A DNA stretch of 64,000 nt from IMG/VR virus record IMGVR_UViG_3300037067_012588. One strand, 5' to 3'. Position numbers and translations under genes: made by a program. Source of the DNA: a virus (taxonomy: Duplodnaviria; Caudoviricetes). Positions 59,774 through 64,000 of the stretch are shown piece after piece (the stretch's first letter is position 1; every line of letters begins with the position of its first letter). The notes beneath the pieces are model-generated. The model saw only the letters and a program-made list of their open reading frames with translations, ran no database searches and had not been told where the DNA came from.

Positions 59774-61774
59774 TTACCTTCCACGAAAAACCGTTTGCTT
59801 CAAAATACTCTCAGGACCACTCAACTGCGGAACCTGCGAATAATTCTCATCTTTCAAATAGTCCAATATCGCCTCATGGGCTTTCATCCAATCAATATTT
59901 TTGTCCTTGTCAATCGTCACTTTCAGAGCAGCAGTCATTGCACCATTGTATTGTCCACCAATAAAAGCATCAGCAGATGTCTGATTGTCACGGCAACCAG
60001 AAAGAAGAAGATGACGTGTTTTGAAAAAAGCGATATTGGAAGCCGACCTTGGACCAAACAAATCCTTCCAACCAACACGATTCACTGGAAGATTTCTGTT
60101 CCTCGAACGCACAGCAATATCAAAAGGAGGTTTCAAATAACGAACCTTCACGGGATGTGGATTACCAATAGGCATCGCACGATCCATACTTCCAGAATGA
60201 CAGTTATGAACAAAAACTCCAGAAGACAAGGCAAAATTGTGAAACTCATCAACAGTTAAATCATAAACAACCTCTGTTCGACCAGTATCTTCAACTCTGA
60301 CAACCTTATGATTATTTGGACAACAAAACTCACAATCCTCTTTAACCAATCCACGTTTTTCATGCCAACGAACATGGTTTGTTTTTCTTGTTTTCAAGAC
60401 ACCTTCTGGACTTGAAGCATATTCTTTTGAACTTGCAGACATTTTTTCACGCAACTCTTGATTCTCCCAGTTTGCCTTCGAAACATTCCTTGACCTCTCT
60501 CTTCCTTCTTCAGACTTATTCATCTCTATAAAACGTTTTGAATTTTCAGAATTATCACGATTCTGAGCAGCCTCCACATGAATACGGCGATATTCCTCGT
60601 CTTTCCAACACTCACGAACCAATTCAGATTGAAGCCTGCAATACTCTTCGCTAGACCTCCATGCACGATAATCAGGATCACTCCAAACCTTTTTGAAATT
60701 CTTCCTGCCAACCTCTCCATGAATACGCTTGTGGTCGTACCACGTCATCATTTTGAGGTTTTCTGGACGATTATCCCTCTTATTGAAGTTCGAATGATGA
60801 CAAACACTCTTTCCTTCAGACATATCCATCCCAACAGCATCTCTCATAGCAATATGGGTAGGACACCAACGACGTTTCCCATTTTCTTGGTTTGTTGTTT
60901 GAACAAACTCATATCCCTTCAAATAACTACTATCAGTGCTACGCCACTCCCGACGATATAATGGCATCAAAGAATCACCCTCTACCAAATCTCCTGCCTC
61001 AACAAAAGACCCATCCCTCATCATAAAACGATGATCATCAGTACATTCAACAGACTCTCCATTATCAAGAACAACCCGAATAAGCTTTCTTGTGCCAGTT
61101 ATTCTTGCTGAGTGAGCACGACCAGGAACAACACGACCATCCTCCAAAGAAGAATAAACCCAATATTCTCCGCCATCCTTCTCCATCTCAGCAATCGTTT
61201 TTTCTGTTCCATCAAGTAACGGAATTTTCGTCGCTCCTGCAAGACATGCGTCGCACAGAAATGTCAAAAAAGCACCTTCTGGAATACGACGGAAAAATCC
61301 TGCCAAAATCTTGTCCGTCAACGGATTATCCCAATCCATGTCGGTCGGACAAAGAATCTGACATTCCTCGTTCTCAAGAGTATCTTCGTTCCGACAACGA
61401 ATAGATGAACCATGACCCGAATATTGAAACACCAACTGCGAACCAGGTTGTGCTGATGAAATCAACCACTCAAGACGCTCAAGAATGTTCTGCTGTGTTG
61501 CACGCTCATCACAAAGAACACGGATGTTGTCCTCTTCAAATCCATAATTCTTTGTCAGTCTGTCATAAATGTCGTTAACGTCATTTACACAACCATTTAA
61601 GTCAGAACCACTCAAAGCAACATACTTGTTAATCCCAACCAATACGGCAAAATTTTGAGGCATAATGCTTTCCTCCGTCGAAGAAACAACGACAACAGGA
61701 GCCGCTGTCACAGACTCCTGCGAAGACTTGAATATAGAAAGAATGAAGTTAAGAATGACTTTGAAAACTCCCAT
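59774..61774 (-). CDS. Caspase-family (peptidase C14, meta/orthocaspase-like) protease, intein-containing
   Basis: AVLVGINKY, LNGCVND, catalytic YSGHG, DA|intein|CHSG, LSGCRDNQTSADA, GAMT and QVPQL motifs. ATG at 61774 follows AAGGAGA; a second ATG at 61663 follows GGAGGA. Confidence 0.92.
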   Translation of the reverse strand: MGVFKVILNFILSIFKSSQESVTAAPVVVVSSTEESIMPQNFAVLVGINKYVALSGSDLNGCVNDVNDIYDRLTKNYGFEEDNIRVLCDERATQQNILERLEWLISSAQPGSQLVFQYSGHGSSIRCRNEDTLENEECQILCPTDMDWDNPLTDKILAGFFRRIPEGAFLTFLCDACLAGATKIPLLDGTEKTIAEMEKDGGEYWVYSSLEDGRVVPGRAHSARITGTRKLIRVVLDNGESVECTDDHRFMMRDGSFVEAGDLVEGDSLMPLYRREWRSTDSSYLKGYEFVQTTNQENGKRRWCPTHIAMRDAVGMDMSEGKSVCHHSNFNKRDNRPENLKMMTWYDHKRIHGEVGRKNFKKVWSDPDYRAWRSSEEYCRLQSELVRECWKDEEYRRIHVEAAQNRDNSENSKRFIEMNKSEEGRERSRNVSKANWENQELREKMSASSKEYASSPEGVLKTRKTNHVRWHEKRGLVKEDCEFCCPNNHKVVRVEDTGRTEVVYDLTVDEFHNFALSSGVFVHNCHSGSMDRAMPIGNPHPVKVRYLKPPFDIAVRSRNRNLPVNRVGWKDLFGPRSASNIAFFKTRHLLLSGCRDNQTSADAFIGGQYNGAMTAALKVTIDKDKNIDWMKAHEAILDYLKDENYSQVPQLSGPESILKQTVFRGR
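60203..61246 (-). mobile_element. Intein (348 aa) with HNH endonuclease
   Basis: Block A CLAGATKIPLLDG, block B CTDDHRF, HNH CHHSNFNKRDNRPENL, blocks F/G VYDLTVDEFHNFALSSGVFVHN, +1 Cys. Confidence 0.92.
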
Positions 61775-61842
61775 TTGTGTTCTCCTTGAAAAAGAGTACT
61801 CACAATAGAGAGTTATTAAAAAAAACATAAATCCGAGGGGGG

Positions 61843-62001
61843 TTATTTCTTCTTTTCACTGAGAATACTCGCAACCCTTGCAACAATATTCGGAACCGAC
61901 CTCTCATCCAAAAGAGAAGCGATAAGCATCAACTCAGCAGCAATTTCTTTTTTGCCGATTCTCTGTTGCCTCATATTATCGGCTCTTTGTTTTTCTGACA
62001 T
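61843..62001 (-). CDS. 52-aa small protein (MSEKQRADNMRQQRIGKKEIAAELMLIASLLDERSVPNIVARVASILSEKKK)
   Basis: Below the ORF-track cutoff and translated by hand; AAAGGAGA SD; fills the intergenic gap. Confidence 0.65.
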   Translation of the reverse strand: MSEKQRADNMRQQRIGKKEIAAELMLIASLLDERSVPNIVARVASILSEKKK

Positions 62002-62013
62002 AACTATTCTCCT

Positions 62014-63306
62014 TTAATCACGAAGCATCTTTTCGAAACTCTTAATGCCATGGCTTGTTGCGTCAAAATAATCACCCGTGAATATTGCCCTATCACCAAC
62101 AACTCTCATTTTTTCCATGTCACCCTCAAACTCAAAGGTTCCTCTGTCAGTATCAATAGAAACTTTGTATTTTTTTGGCCGCCATGACTTCAAAAAATCA
62201 AGAACAACATCACGAGGAATATCACCCTCATGCTTATCATAAATGTTTTTCAACTTAACAGAGAAATCAACTTTTTCCCTTACATAAACAGAATCTATAT
62301 AAGCATCCCATGATGGGTCATCTCTTCCTCCATGTTGGGCTGGTTCTGCGTAATAATCTACATCTGCCTCTTTTGGATTCTGGTCAAACTGCTGTTCACT
62401 GAAGATTTCCTCAAGAGTATCTTCAAGAGCCTTATTTGTTCCATTCGCAACAATATTGCCTGCAATGCCAGCAACACGCTCGCCAACAGAAGCCCATGTC
62501 GTAATCACTTCTGCCGGAACAGGGTCTTTCCTTGGGTCATAATTAACCACTGCAACTCCTTCTGGAAGCTTCATCCGAACATTGTTTTCAGGCTTTTGTT
62601 CTCCACTCAAAGGATTCCTATCTAGGAAATTCTTCTCGTCAATAAAATCACATACCTCTTGAGACATCTCACTCGGGTCGACATCACGAAGCTCGGCACG
62701 ATACTTCGCATGGTTCTTCCAATTCGTTTGACACCTCCTACGACCACCATCCAACATCTCTGTCTTGTTGAAGTTAACCCTGCGGTATAATCTCCCACTC
62801 TCGGCAAGGCTCAAATCATTTGGATGACGAAGCATCTCCAATTTATCAGACGGTGCAAGCAAAGTATTCTGGATACGTTCAACAACATTCTCAACAGACG
62901 CCGTAACCCTTTCACTCCTCAACTCAGAATACAAGGCATCAAAGTCACCAGCGCCCCATCCCTTGAAGTTGTTGAACTCTCTTGAAACAACATGGTCAAT
63001 ATCACGAACAGTTCCACGACCACGAGCAAGCTCACCTATCGTGTTAATAACAGACGCACGATCCTGAATGTTCTCCAGCTTTGTCCTCAAAATCATCCGA
63101 AGCAAACGAGCCTTCTTTTGCATATCTCGCTTGTCCTGAAAGTCGCCCTCTGGAACAAACGCTATGAGCCTTGCAATATTGGCAAGCTCGTTAGCGACCT
63201 TTATGGACTTCCATGGTTCTTTAAACATAGTGACATTCTCCCACTCTGGACGGTCCTTAAGCTGATACAAGATATCATGCTCGGACTGATCATCAAACAA
63301 AGGCAT
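62014..63306 (-). CDS. Hypothetical multidomain protein; central segment resembles DUF4258/RelE-like nuclease folds
   Basis: 430 aa; WKNHAKYRAELRDV...VAVVNY...EVITTW pattern (weak); KVANELANIARLI motif near the N-terminus. Confidence 0.55.
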   Translation of the reverse strand: MPLFDDQSEHDILYQLKDRPEWENVTMFKEPWKSIKVANELANIARLIAFVPEGDFQDKRDMQKKARLLRMILRTKLENIQDRASVINTIGELARGRGTVRDIDHVVSREFNNFKGWGAGDFDALYSELRSERVTASVENVVERIQNTLLAPSDKLEMLRHPNDLSLAESGRLYRRVNFNKTEMLDGGRRRCQTNWKNHAKYRAELRDVDPSEMSQEVCDFIDEKNFLDRNPLSGEQKPENNVRMKLPEGVAVVNYDPRKDPVPAEVITTWASVGERVAGIAGNIVANGTNKALEDTLEEIFSEQQFDQNPKEADVDYYAEPAQHGGRDDPSWDAYIDSVYVREKVDFSVKLKNIYDKHEGDIPRDVVLDFLKSWRPKKYKVSIDTDRGTFEFEGDMEKMRVVGDRAIFTGDYFDATSHGIKSFEKMLRD

Positions 63307-63317
63307 GATAAAACCCC

Positions 63318-64000
63318 TTACCTGTGAACTTCTTCCAGGAACGAAACAACATCTGGACTCAACTTATTTGTTGTCCAAAATGAAAACAACTCCGCATACC
63401 ACTCCGAATCACTCTTAGTTGAATACGGTGTCGGAAAATATTTGCTAAAATCCACATCGGGAAGCCTCTTCCCAACAATCTCAAATTCTCCTGTCAGAAG
63501 CATAATCAACGGAGAAGTATAGGTACTGCCAACAGACTTCTCTCTGCGCCCTCCAGCCTTTATTTTCTTGATTCGTATCTTTCTCTCATATGGAATATAG
63601 CTTATAAACTCGTATTCATCACCCTTCGATGGACCCATTTTATCAATCAGGATGTCTCCCTCAACCAAACCCAAATCTTCAAATTTAGGAAGTTTGTGTC
63701 TCTTGTCATAAAAGGTCTGAGAAACAAGAGACCGAGCATCTCTCGACATAAACTTGTTCATATCCCTATGCGCAAGCTCATGAAGAAACGCACGAACATC
63801 TTTCCCATCTAACCCTTGAAGCTTCTTCACACCAATACGCACCAAATCACTAGAGGTAGAATAGTCTGCCAAACGATTCCCCGCAAGAGAACCAATCATC
63901 AACACTTTCCCACCTGACAAATATCCAAGACCCTTCGAAGCCAACAAATGAGACACAATATCCAAAAGCTTCTTGGCTTCTTCCACATCAAACTTGATTC
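63318..64000 (-). CDS. Zincin-like metallopeptidase domain protein, 5'-truncated by the window edge
   Basis: LHELAH (HExxH) plus distal TPYS...SEWYAELF third-ligand motif. The frame is open to the window edge (...IKFDVEEAKK). Confidence 0.7.
   Translation of the reverse strand, partial: IKFDVEEAKKLLDIVSHLLASKGLGYLSGGKVLMIGSLAGNRLADYSTSSDLVRIGVKKLQGLDGKDVRAFLHELAHRDMNKFMSRDARSLVSQTFYDKRHKLPKFEDLGLVEGDILIDKMGPSKGDEYEFISYIPYERKIRIKKIKAGGRREKSVGSTYTSPLIMLLTGEFEIVGKRLPDVDFSKYFPTPYSTKSDSEWYAELFSFWTTNKLSPDVVSFLEEVHR

Overview
Densely coding 64-kb segment with every credible gene on the minus strand, short or overlapping intergenic gaps and GGAG/GAGG Shine-Dalgarno motifs. It is most consistent with the late, virion-appendage region of a very large (jumbo-type) bacteriophage. 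No terminase, capsid, portal, tRNA, rRNA or CRISPR hallmark is visible, so viral origin is an inference. In transcription order (64000->1): a truncated HExxH zincin and two hypothetical proteins; a C14 caspase-family protease whose catalytic Cys is the +1 residue of an HNH intein; three Thr-rich collagen-like fibre genes and a DUF4376-like chaperone; a GT4 glycosyltransferase with a LAGLIDADG intein; further structural genes; two giant poly-serine proteins (2850 aa and ~5509 aa, with FG-GAP propellers, LamG/ConA and beta-helix modules) flanking two Kelch proteins; a ~9-kb cluster of seven glycosyltransferase-like and three SAM methyltransferase genes into which a C5 DNA methyltransferase with an overprinted alternative-frame ORF is embedded; and small late genes. 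The main observation is that the ~5.5-kaa protein is nested: domains are split at loop positions and whole domains are carried inside them on poly-Ser arms, to three levels. Together with the Thr-rich collagens and the adjacent glycosyl/methyltransferases, this suggests a self-glycosylated, branched virion surface. All family assignments come from motif reading by eye; no database search was run.
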